From: the human T2T-CHM13v2.0 reference genome, Homo sapiens | Direction: 5' to 3' (one strand) | DNA: 64,000 nucleotides | NCBI RefSeq assembly: GCF_009914755.1 | Contig: NC_060938.1 | Shown: positions 27,101-39,500 of the stretch, one piece after another | Numbering within the stretch: position 1 is the stretch's first letter | Layout of the letters: each line of letters starts with the position of its first letter | Notes under the pieces: model-generated | The model's input: the letters and a program-made list of their open reading frames with translations, nothing else | Databases searched by the model: none | Told to the model about the DNA's origin: nothing | Translations under genes and position numbers: made by a program

Positions 27101-28490
27101 AGGGCTGAAGAACACAGGTCGCTGCATTTAGAAAGGAGGCGGGGTCAGAGGAATAGAAAGGGATAGGGCTGAAGAACACAGGTCGCTGCATTTAGAAAGG
27201 AGGCGGGGTCAGAGGAATAGAAACGGATAGGGCTGAAGAACAGAGGTCGCTGCATTTAGAAAGGAGGTGGGGTCAGAGGAATAGAAAGGGATAGGGCTGA
27301 AGAACACAGGTCGCTGCATTTAGAAAGGAGGCGGGGTCAGAGGAATAGAAAGGGATAGGGCTGAAGAACACAGGTCGCTGCATTTAGAAAGGAGGCGGGG
27401 TCAGAGGAATAGAAACGGATAGGGCTGAAGAACAGAGGTCGCTGCATTTAGAAAGGAGGCGGGGTCAGAGGAATAGAAAGGGATAGGGCTGAATAACACA
27501 GGTCGCTGCATTTAGAAAGGAGGCGGGGTCAGAGGAATAGAAAGGGACAGGGCTGAAGAACACAGGTCGCTGCATTTAGAAAGGAGGCGGGGTCAGAGGA
27601 ATAGAAAGGGACAGGACTGAAGAACACAGCTCGCTGCATTTAGAAAGGAGGCGGGGTCAGAGGAATAGAAAGGGACAGGGCTGAAGAACACAGGTCGCTG
27701 CATTTAGAAAGGAGGCGGGGTCAGAGGAATAGAAAGGGATAGGGATGAAGAACACAGGTCGCTGCATTTAGAAAGGAGGCGGGGTCAGAGGAATAGAAAG
27801 GGACAGGGCTGAAGAACACAGGTCGCTGCATTTAGAAAGGAGGCGGGGTCAGAGGAATAGAAAGGGATAGGGATGAAGAACACAGGTCGCTGCATTTAGA
27901 AAGGAGGCGGGGTCAGAGGAATAGAAAGGGATAGGGCTGAAGAACAGAGGTCGCTGCATTTAGAAAGGAGGCGGGGTCAGAGGAATAGAAAGGGACAGGG
28001 CTGAAGAACACAGGTCGCTGCATTTAGAAAGGAGGCGGGGTCAGAGGAATAGAAAGGGACAGGGCTGAAGAACACAGGTCGCTGCATTTAGAAAGGAGGC
28101 GGGGTCAGAGGAATAGAAAGGGATAGGGCTGAAGAACACAGGTCGCTGCATTTAGAAAGGAGGCGGGGTCAGAGGAATAGAAAGGGATAGGGCTGAAGAA
28201 CACAGGTCGCAGCATTTAGAAAGGAGGCGGGGTCAGAGGAATAGAAAGGGACAGGGCTGAAGAACACAGGTCGCTGCATTTAGGAAGGAGGCGGGGTAAG
28301 AGGAATAGAAAGGGATAGGGCTGAAGAACAGAGGTCGCTGCATTTAGAAAGGAGGCGGGGTCAGAGGAATAGAAAGGGATAGGCCTGAAGAACACAGGTC
28401 GCTGCATTTAGAAAGGAGGCGGGGTTCAGAGGAATAGAAAGGGACAGGGCTGAAGAACAGAGGTCGCTGCATTTAGAAAGGAGGCGGGGT
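24130..28490 (+). repeat. Higher-order duplicated block B, copy 1 (83-monomer offset to copy 2)
   Basis: Markers recur 5312-5313 bp downstream: 24662/29974, 24983/30295, 25659/30972, 26469/31782, 27630/32943, 28284/33597, and the T insertion at about 28426/33739. Confidence 0.9.
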
Positions 28491-29439
28491 CAGAGGAATA
28501 GAAAGGGATAGGGCTGAAGAACAGAGGTCGCTGCATTTAGAAAGGAGGCGGGGTCAGAGGAATAGAAAGGGATAGGGCTGAAGAACAGAGGTCGCTGCAT
28601 TTAGAAAGGAGGCGGGGTCAGAGGAATAGAAAGGGACAGGGCTGAAGAACACAGGTCGCTGCATTTAGAAAGGAGGCGGGGTCAGAGGAATAGAAAGGGA
28701 TAGGGCTGAAGAACACAGGTCGCTGCATTTAGAAAGGAGGCGGGGTCAGAGGAATAGAAAGGGACAGGGCTGAAGAACACAGGTCGCTGCATTTAGAAAG
28801 GAGGCGGGGTCAGAGGAATAGAAAGGGATAGGGCTGAAGAACAGAGGTCGCTGCATTTAGAAAGGAGGCGGGGTCAGAGGAATAGAAAGGGATAGGGCTG
28901 AAGAACAGAGGTCGCTGCATTTAGAAAGGAGGCGGGGTCAGAGGAATAGAAAGGGATAGGACTGAAGAACACAGGTCGCTGCATTTAGAAAGGAGGCGGG
29001 GTCAGAGGAATAGAAAGGGACAGGGCTGAAGAACACAGGTCGCTGCATTTAGAAAGGAGGCGGGGTCAGAGGAATAGAAAGGGATAGGGCTGAAGAACAC
29101 AGGTCGCTGCATTTAGAAAGGAGGCGGGGTCAGAGGAATAGAAAGGGATAGGGCTGAAGAACACAGGTCGCTGCATTTAGAAAGGAGGCGGGGTTAGAGG
29201 AATAGAAAGGGACAGGGCTGAAGAACACAGGTCGCTGCATTTAGAAAGGAGGCGGGGTCAGAGGAATAGAAAGGGACAGGGCTGAAGAACACAGGTCGCT
29301 GCATTTAGAAAGGAGGCGGGGTCAGAGGAATAGAAAGGGACAGGACTGAAGAACACAGGTCGCTGCATTTAGAAAGGAGGCGGGGTCAGAGGAATAGAAA
29401 GGGACAGGGCTGAAGAACACAGGTCGCTGCATTTAGAAA

Positions 29440-32400
29440 GGAGGCGGGGTCAGAGGAATAGAAAGGGACAGGACAGAAGAACACAGGTCGCTGCATTTAG
29501 AAAGGAGGCGGGGTCAGAGGAATAGAAAGGGATAGGGCTGAAGAACACAGGTCGCTGCATTTAGAAAGGAGGCGGGGTCAGAGGAATAGAAAGGGACAGG
29601 ACAGAAGAACACAGGTCGCTGCATTTAGAAAGGAGGCGGGGTCAGAGGAATAGAAAGGGACAGGGCTGAAGAACACAGGTCGCTGCATTTAGAAAGGAGG
29701 CGGGGTCAGAGGAATAGAAAGGGACAGGACAGAAGAACACAGGTCGCTGCATTTAGAAAGGAGGCGGGGTCAGAGGAATAGAAAGGGATAGGGCTGAAGA
29801 ACAGAGGTCGCTGCATTTAGAAAGGAGGCGGGGTCAGAGGAATAGAAAGGGATAGGGCTGAAGAACACAGGTCGCTGCATTTAGAAAGGAGGCGGGGTCA
29901 GAGGAATAGAAAGGGACAGGGCTGAAGAACACAGGTCGCTGCATTTAGAAAGGAGGCGGGGTCAGAGGAATAATAAGGGATAGGGGTGAAGAACAGAGGT
30001 CACTGCATTTAGAAAGGAGGCGGGGTTAGAGGAATAGAAAGGGACAGGGCTGAAGAACACAGGTCGCTGCATTTAGAAAGGAGGCGGGGTCAGAGGAATA
30101 GAAAGGGACAGGGCTGAAGAACACAGGTCGCTGCATTTAGAAAGGAGGCGGGGTCAGAGGAATAGAAAGGGACAGGGCTGAAGAACACAGGTCGCTGCAT
30201 TTAGAAAGGAGGCGGGGTCAGAGGAATAGAAAGGGACAGGGCTGAAGAACACAGGTCGCTGCATTTAGAAAGGAGGCGGGGTCAGAGGAATAGAGAGGGA
30301 CAGGGCTGAAGAACACAGGTCGCTGCATTTAGAAAGGAGGCGGGGTCAGAGGAATAGAAAGGGACAGGGCTGAAGAACAGAGGTCGCTGCATTTAGAAAG
30401 GAGGCGGGGTCAGAGGAATAGAAAGGGACAGGGCTGAAGAACACAGGTCGCTGCATTTAGAAAGGAGGCGGGGTCAGAGGAATAGAAAGGGATAGGGATG
30501 AAGAACACAGGTCGCTGCATTTAGAAAGGAGGCGGGGTCAGAGGAATAGAAAGGGATAGGCCTGAAGAACAGAGGTCGCTGCATTTAGAAAGGAGGCGGG
30601 GTCAGAGGAATAGAAAGGGATAGGGATGAAGAACAGAGGTCGCTGCATTTAGAAAGGAGGCGGGGTCAGAGGAATAGAAAGGGATAGGCCTGAAGAACAG
30701 AGGTCGCTGCATTTAGAAAGGAGGCGGGGTCAGAGGAATAGAAAGGGACAGGGCTGAAGAACACAGGTCGCTGCATTTAGAAAGGAGGCGGGGTCAGAGG
30801 AATAGAAAGGGATAGGGCTGAAGAACACAGGTCGCTGCATTTAGAAAGGAGGCGGGGTCAGAGGAATAGAAAGGGATAGGGCTGAAGAACACAGGTCGCT
30901 GCATTTAGAAAGGAGGCGGGGTCAGAGGAATAGAAAGGGATAGGGCTGAAGAACACAGGTCGCTGCATTTATAAAGGAGGCGGGGTTAGAGGAATAGAAA
31001 GGGACAGGGCTGAAGAACACAGGTCGCTGCATTTAGAAAGGAGGCGGGGTCAGAGGAATAGAAAGGGACAGGGCTGAAGAACACAGGTCGCTGCATTTAG
31101 AAAGGAGGCGGGGTCAGAGGAATAGAAAGGGACAGGGCTGAAGAACACAGGTCGCTGCATTTAGAAAGGAGGCGGGGTCAGAGGAATAGAAAGGGACAGG
31201 ACTGAAGAACACAGGTCGCTGCATTTAGAAAGGAGGCGGGGTCAGAGGAATAGAAAGGGACAGGGCTGAAGAACACAGGTCGCTGCATTTAGAAAGGAGG
31301 CGGGGTCAGAGGAATAGAAAGGGACAGGGCTGAAGAACACAGGTCGCTGCATTTAGAAAGGAGGCGGGGTCAGAGGAATAGAAAGGGACAGGGCTGAAGA
31401 ACACAGGTCACTGCATTTAGAAAGGAGGCGGGGTCAGAGGAATAGAAAGGGACAGGGCTGAAGAACACAGGTCGCTGCATTTAGAAAGGAGGCGGGGTCA
31501 GAGGAATAGAAAGGGACAGGGCTGAAGAACACAGGTCGCTGCATTTAGAAAGGAGGCGGGGTCAGAGGAATAGAAAGGGATAGGACTGAAGAACACAGGT
31601 CGCTGCATTTAGAAAGGAGGCGGGGTCAGAGGAATAGAAAGGGATAGGCCTGAAGAACACAGGTCGCTGCATTTAGAAAGGAGGCGGGGTCAGAGGAATA
31701 GAAAGGGACAGGGCTGAAGAACAGAGGTCGCTGCATTTAGAAAGGAGGCGGGGTCAGAGGAATAGAAAGGGACAGGGCTGATGAACAGAGGTCGCTGCAT
31801 TTAGAAAGGAGGCGGGGTCAGAGGAATAGAAAGGGACAGGACAGAAGAACACAGGTCGCTGCATTTAGAAAGGAGGCGGGGTCAGAGGAATAGAAAGGGA
31901 CAGGACAGAAGAACACAGGTCGCTGCATTTAGAAAGGAGGCGGGGTCAGAGGAATAGAAAGGGATAGGGCAGAAGAACAGAGGTCGCTGCATTTAGAAAG
32001 GAGGCGGGGTCAGAGGAATAGAAAGGGACAGGACAGAAGAACACAGGTCGCAGCATTTAGAAAGGAGGCGGGGTCAGAGGAATAGAAAGGGATAGGGCTG
32101 AAGAACAGAGGTCGCTGCATTTAGAAAGGAGGCGGGGTCAGAAGAATAGAAAGGGATAGGGCTGAAGAACACAGGTCGCTGCATTTAGAAAGGAGGCGGG
32201 GTCAGAGGAATAGAAAGGGACAGGACAGAAGAACACAGGTCGCTGCATTTAGAAAGGAGGCGGGGTCAGAGGAATAGAAAGGGATAGGGCTGAAGAACAG
32301 AGGTCGCTGCATTTAGAAAGGAGGCGGGGTCAGAGGAATAGAAAGGGATAGGGCTGAAGAACACAGGTCGCTGCATTTAGAAAGGAGGCGGGGTCAGAGG

Positions 32401-33800
32401 AATAGAAAGGGACAGGGCTGAAGAACACAGGTCGCTGCATTTAGAAAGGAGGCGGGGTCAGAGGAATAGAAAGGGATAGGGCTGAAGAACACAGGTCGCT
32501 GCATTTAGAAAGGAGGCGGGGTCAGAGGAATAGAAACGGATAGGGCTGAAGAACAGAGGTCGCTGCATTTAGAAAGGAGGTGGGGTCAGAGGAATAGAAA
32601 GGGATAGGGCTGAAGAACACAGGTCGCTGCATTTAGAAAGGAGGCGGGGTCAGAGGAATAGAAAGGGATAGGGCTGAAGAACACAGGTCGCTGCATTTAG
32701 AAAGGAGGCGGGGTCAGAGGAATAGAAACGGATAGGGCTGAAGAACAGAGGTCGCTGCATTTAGAAAGGAGGCGGGGTCAGAGGAATAGAAAGGGATAGG
32801 GCTGAATAACACAGGTCGCTGCATTTAGAAAGGAGGCGGGGTCAGAGGAATAGAAAGGGACAGGGCTGAAGAACACAGGTCGCTGCATTTAGAAAGGAGG
32901 CGGGGTCAGAGGAATAGAAAGGGACAGGACTGAAGAACACAGCTCGCTGCATTTAGAAAGGAGGCGGGGTCAGAGGAATAGAAAGGGACAGGGCTGAAGA
33001 ACACAGGTCGCTGCATTTAGAAAGGAGGCGGGGTCAGAGGAATAGAAAGGGATAGGGATGAAGAACACAGGTCGCTGCATTTAGAAAGGAGGCGGGGTCA
33101 GAGGAATAGAAAGGGACAGGGCTGAAGAACACAGGTCGCTGCATTTAGAAAGGAGGCGGGGTCAGAGGAATAGAAAGGGATAGGGATGAAGAACACAGGT
33201 CGCTGCATTTAGAAAGGAGGCGGGGTCAGAGGAATAGAAAGGGACAGGGCTGAAGAACAGAGGTCGCTGCATTTAGAAAGGAGGCGGGGTCAGAGGAATA
33301 GAAAGGGACAGGGCTGAACAACACAGGTCGCTGCATTTAGAAAGGAGGCGGGGTCAGAGGAATAGAAAGGGACAGGGCTGAAGAACACAGGTCGCTGCAT
33401 TTAGAAAGGAGGCGGGGTCAGAGGAATAGAAAGGGATAGGGCTGAAGAACACAGGTCGCTGCATTTAGAAAGGAGGCGGGGTCAGAGGAATAGAAAGGGA
33501 TAGGGCTGAAGAACACAGGTCGCAGCATTTAGAAAGGAGGCGGGGTCAGAGGAATAGAAAGGGACAGGGCTGAAGAACACAGGTCGCTGCATTTAGGAAG
33601 GAGGCGGGGTCAGAGGAATAGAAAGGGACAGGGCTGAAGAACACAGGTCGCTGCATTTAGAAAGGAGGCGGGGTCAGAGGAATAGAAAGGGATAGGCCTG
33701 AAGAACACAGGTCGCTGCATTTAGAAAGGAGGCGGGGTTCAGAGGAATAGAAAGGGACAGGGCTGAAGAACAGAGGTCGCTGCATTTAGAAAGGAGGCGG
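29440..33800 (+). repeat. Higher-order duplicated block B, copy 2
   Basis: Near-identical ordered variant series to 24130-28490. Boundaries are approximate. Confidence 0.9.
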
Positions 33801-36599
33801 GGTCAGAGGAATAGAAAGGGATAGGGCTGAAGAACACAGGTCGCTGCATTTAGAAAGGAGGCGGGGTCAGAGGAATAGAAAGGGATAGGCCTGAAGAACA
33901 CAGGTCGCTGCATTTAGAAAGGAGGGGGGTCAGAGGAATAGAAAGGGACAGGGCTGAAGAACAGAGGTCGCTGCATTTAGAAAGGAGGCGGGGTCAGAGG
34001 AATAGAAAGGGACAGGGCTGAAGAACAGAGGTCGCTGCATTTAGAAAGGAGGCGGGGTCAGAGGAATAGAAAGGGACAGGACAGAAGAACACAGGTCGCT
34101 GCATTTAGAAAGGAGGCGGGGTCAGAGGAATAGAAAGGGATAGGGCTGAAGAACACAGGTCGCTGCATTTAGAAAGGAGGCGGGGTCAGAGGAATAGAAA
34201 GGGATAGGGCTGAAGAACAGAGGTCGCTGCATTTAGAAAGGAGGCGGGGTCAGTAGAATAGAAAGGGACAGGACAGAAGAACACAGGTCGCTGCATTTAG
34301 AAAGGAGGCGGGGTCAGAGGAATAGAAAGGGACAGGGCTGAAGAACACAGGTCGCTGCATTTAGAAAGGAGGCGGGGTCAGAGGAATAGAAAGGGATAGG
34401 GCTGAAGAACACAGGTCGCTGCATTTAGAAAGGAGGCGGGGTCAGAGGAATAGAAAGGGACAGGGCTGAAGAACAGAGGTCGCTGTATTTAGAAAGGAGG
34501 CGGGGTCAGAGGAATAGAAAGGGACAGGGCTGAAGAACACAGGTCGCTGCATTTAGAAAGGAGGCGGGGTCAGAGGAATAGAAAGGGATAGGGCTGAAGA
34601 ACAGAGGTCGCTGCATTTAGAAAGGAGGCGGGGTCAGAGGAATAGAAAGGGACAGGGCTGAAGAACACAGGTCGCTGCATTTAGAAAGGAGGCGGGGTCA
34701 GAGGAATAGAAAGGGATAGGGCTGAAGAACACAGGTCGCTGCATTTAGAAAGGAGGCGGGGTCAGAGGAATAGAAAGGGACAGGGCTGAAGAACAGAGGT
34801 CGCTGCATTTAGAAAGGAGGCGGGGTCAGAGGAATAGAAAGGGATAGGACTGAAGAACACAGGTCGCTGCATTTAGAAAGGAGGCGGGGTCAGAGGAATA
34901 GAAAGGGATAGGAGTGAAGAACACAGGTCGCTGCATTTAGAAAGGAGGCGGGGTCAGAGGAATAGAAAGGGATGGGGCTGAAGAACACAGGTCGCTGCAT
35001 TTAGAAAGGAGGCGGGGTTAGAGGAATAGAAAGGGATAGGGCTGAAGAACACAGGTCGCTGCATTTAGAAAGGAGGCGGGGTCAGAGGAATAGAAAGGGA
35101 TAGGACTGAAGAACACAGGTCGCTGCATTTAGAAAGGAGGCGGGGTCAGAGGAATAGAAAGGGATAGGGCTGAAGAACACAGGTCGCTGCATTTAGAAAG
35201 GAGGCGGGGTCAGAGGAATAGAAAGGGATAGGCCTGAAGAACACAGGTCGCTGCATTTAGAAAGGAGGCGGGGTCAGAGGAATAGAAAGGGATAGGGCTG
35301 AAGAACAGAGGTCGCTGCATTTAGAAAGGAGGCGGGGTCAGAGGAATAGAAAGGGACAGGGCTGAAGAACACAGGTCGCTGCATTTAGAAAGGAGTCGGG
35401 GTCAGAGGAATAGAAAGGGATAGGGCTGAAGAACACAGGTCGCTGCATTTAGAAAGGAGGCGGGGTCAGAGGAATAGAAAGGGACAGGGCTGAAGAACAC
35501 AGGTCGCTGCATTTAGAAAGGAGGCGGGGTCAGAGGAATAGAAAGGGACAGGGCTGAAGAACACAGGTCGCTGCATTTAGAAAGGAGGCGGGGTCAGAGG
35601 AATAGAAAGGGATAGGGCTGAAGAACACAGGTCGCTGCATTTAGAAAGGAGGCGGGGTCAGAGGAATAGAAAGGGATAGGGCTGAAGAACACAGGTCGCT
35701 GCATTTAGAAAGGAGGCGGGGTCAGAGGAATAGAAAGGGATAGGGCTGAAGAACAGAGGTCGCTGCATTTAGAAAGGAGGCGGGGTCAGAGGAATAGAAA
35801 GGGATAGGGCTGAAGAACAGAGGTCGCTGCATTTAGAAAGGAGGCGGAGTCAGAGGAATAGAAAGGGATAGGGCTGAAGAACAGAGGTCGCTGCATTTAG
35901 AAAGGAGGCGGGGTCAGAGGAATAGAAAGGGATAGGACTGAAGAACAGAGGTCGCTGCATTTAGAAAGGAGGCGGGGTCAGAGGAATAGAAAGGGATAGG
36001 GCTGAAGAACAGAGGTCGCTGCATTTAGAAAGGAGGCGGGGTCAGAGGAATAGAAAGGGATAGGCCTGAAGAACAGAGGTCGCTGCATTTAGAAAGGAGG
36101 CGGGGTCAGAGGAATAGAAAGGGATAGGGCTGAAGAACACAGGTCGCAGCATTTAGAAAGGAGGCGGGATCAGAGGAATAGAAAGGGATAGGCCTGAAGA
36201 ACAGAGGTCGCTGCATTTAGAAAGGAGGCGGGGTCAGAGGAATAGAAAGGGACAGGGCTGAAGAACACAGGTCGCTGCATTTAGAAAGGAGGCGGGGTCA
36301 GAGGAATAGAAAGGGACAGGGCTGAAGAACACAGGTCGCTGCATTTAGAAAAGAGGCGGGGTCAGAGGAATAGAAAGGGACAGGGCTGAAGAACACAGGT
36401 CGCTGCATTTAGAAAGGAGGCGGGGTCAGAGGAATAGAAAGGGATAGGGCTGAAGAACACAGGTCGCTGCATTTAGAAAGGAGGCGGGGTCAGAGGAATA
36501 GAAAGGGATAGGGCTGAAGAACAGAGGTCGCTGCATTTAGAAAGGAGGCGGGGTCAGAGGAATAGAAAGGGACAGGGCTGAAGAACACAGGTCGCTGCA

Positions 36600-39500
36600 T
36601 TTAGAAAGGAGGCGGGGTCAGAGGAATAGAAAGGGATAGGGCTGAAGAACACAGGTCGCTGCATTTAGAAAGGAGGCGGGGTCAGAGGAATAGAAACGGA
36701 TAGGGCTGAAGAACAGAGGTCGCTGCATTTAGAAAGGAGGCGGGGTCAGAGGAATAGAAAGGGATAGGGCTGAAGAACACAGGTCGCTGCATTTAGAAAG
36801 GAGGCGGGGTCAGAGGAATAGAAACGGATAGGGCTGAAGAACAGAGGTCGCTGCATTTAGAAAGGAGGCGGGGTCAGAGGAATAGAAAGGGATAGGACTG
36901 AAGAACACAGGTCGCTGCATTTAGAAAGGAGGCGGGGTCAGAGGAATAGAAAGGGACAGGGCTGAAGAACACAGGTCGCTGCATTTAGAAAGGAGGCGGG
37001 GTCAGAGGAATAGAAAGGGACAGGACTGAAGAACACAGGTCGCTGCATTTAGAAAGGAGGCGGGGTCAGAGGAATAGAAAGGGACAGGGCTGAAGAACAG
37101 AGGTCGCTGCATTTAGAAAGGAGGCGGGGTCAGAGGAATAGAAAGGGACAGGACAGAAGAACACAGGTCGCTGCATTTAGAAAGGAGGCGGGGTCAGAGG
37201 AATAGAAAGGGATAGGGCTGAAGAACAGAGGTCGCTGCATTTAGAAAGGAGGCGGGGTCAGAGGAATAGAAAGGGACAGGGCTGAAGAACAGAGGTCGCT
37301 GCATTTAGAAAGGAGGCGGGGTCAGAGGAATAGAAAGGGATAGGCCTGAAGAACAGAGGTCGCTGCATTTAGAAAGGAGGCGGGGTCAGAGGAATAGAAA
37401 GGGATAGGGATGAAGAACACAGGTCGCTGCATTTAGAAAGGAGGCGGGGTCAGAGGAATAGAAAGGGATAGGCCTGAAGAACAGAGGTCGCTGCATTTAG
37501 AAAGGAGGCGGGGTCAGAGGAATAGAAAGGGATAGGGATGAAGAACAGAGGTCGCTGCATTTAGAAAGGAGGCGGGGTCAGAGGAATAGAAAGGGTCAGG
37601 CCTGAAGAACAGAGGTCGCTGCATTTAGAAAGGAGGCGGGGTCAGAGGAATAGAAAGGGACAGGGCTGAAGAACACAGGTCGCTGCATTTAGAAAGGAGG
37701 CGGGGTCAGAGGAATAGAAAGGGATAGGGCTGAAGAACACAGGTCGCTGCATTTAGAAAGGAGGCGGGGTCAGAGGAATAGAAAGGGATAGGGCTGAAGA
37801 ACACAGGTCGCTGCATTTAGAAAGGAGGCGGGGTCAGAGGAATAGAAAGGGATAGGGCTGAAGAACACAGGTCGCTGCATTTAGAAAGGAGGCGGGGTTA
37901 GAGGAATAGAAAGGGACAGGGCTGAAGAACACAGGTCGCTGCATTTAGAAAGGAGGCGGGGTCAGAGGAATAGAAAGGGACAGGTCTGAAGAACACAGGT
38001 CGCTGCATTTAGAAAGGAGGCGGGGTCAGAGGAATAGAAAGGGACAGGGCTGAAGAACACAGGTCGCTGCATTTAGAAAGGAGGCGGGGTCAGAGGAATA
38101 GAAAGGGATAGGACTGAAGAACAGAGGTCGCTGCATTTAGAAAGGAGGCGGGGTCAGAGGAATAGAAAGGGATAGGGATGAAGAACACAGGTCGCTGCAT
38201 TTAGAAAGGAGGCGGGGTTAGAGGAATAGAAAGGGATAGGCCTGAAGAACACAGGTCGCTGCATTTAGAAAGGAGGGGGGTCAGAGGAATAGAAAGGGAC
38301 AGGGCTGAAGAACAGAGGTCGCTGCATTTAGAAAGGAGGCGGGGTCAGAGGAATAGAAAGGGACAGGGCTGAAGAACAGAGGTCGCTGCATTTAGAAAGG
38401 AGGCGGGGTCAGAGGAATAGAAAGGGACAGGACAGAAGAACACAGGTCGCTGCATTTTGAAAGGAGGCGGGGTCAGAGGAATAGAAAGGGATAGGGCTGA
38501 AGAACAGAGGTCGCTGCATTTAGAAAGGAGGCGGGGTCAGAGGAATAGAAATGGACAGGGCTGAAGAACAGAGGTCGCTGCATTTAGAAAGGAGGCGGGG
38601 TCAGAGGAATAGAAAGGGATAGGGCTGAAGAACACAGGTCGCTGCATTTAGAAAGGAGGCGGGGTCAGAGGAATAGAAAGGGATAGGCCTGAAGAACACA
38701 GGTCGCTGCATTTAGAAAGGAGGCGGGGTCAGAGGAATAGAAAGGGATAGGGCTGAAGAACAGAGGTCGCTGCATTTAGAAAGGAGGCGGGGTCAGAGGA
38801 ATAGAAAGGGATAGGGCTGAAGAACAGAGGTCGCTGCATTTAGAAAGGAGGCGGGGTCAGAGGAATAGAAAGGGACAGGGCTGAAGAACACAGGTCGCTG
38901 CATTTAGAAAGGAGGCGGGGTCAGAGGAATAGAAAGGGACAGGGCTGAAGAACAGAGGTCGCTGCATTTAGAAAGGAGGCGGGGTCAGAGGAATAGAAAG
39001 GGATAGGGCTGAAGAACACAGGTCGCTGCATTTAGAAAGGAGGCGGGGTCAGAGGAATAGAAACGGATAGGGCTGAAGAACAGAGGTCGCTGCATTTAGA
39101 AAGGAGGCGGGGTCAGAGGAATAGAAAGGGATAGGGCTGAAGAACACAGGTCGCTGCATTTAGAAAGGAGGCGGGGTCAGAGGAATAGAAACGGATAGGG
39201 CTGAAGAACAGAGGTCGCTGCATTTAGAAAGGAGGCGGGGTCAGAGGAATAGAAAGGGATAGGACTGAAGAACACAGGTCGCTGCATTTAGAAAGGAGGC
39301 GGGGTCAGAGGAGTAGAAAGGGACAGGGCTGAAGAACACAGGTCGCTGCATTTAGAAAGGAGGCGGGGTCAGAGGAATAGAAAGGGACAGGACTGAAGAA
39401 CACAGGTCGCTGCATTTAGAAAGGAGGCGGGGTCAGAGGAATAGAAAGGGACAGGGCTGAAGAACAGAGGTCGCTGCATTTAGAAAGGAGGCGGGGTCAG

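Noticed and set aside
28216-28407. Second 63-aa minus-strand ORF, similar to the first
   Set aside because: Same artefact, caused by the GGTAAG variant at 28298. The similarity between the two ORFs reflects the satellite, not protein-level conservation.
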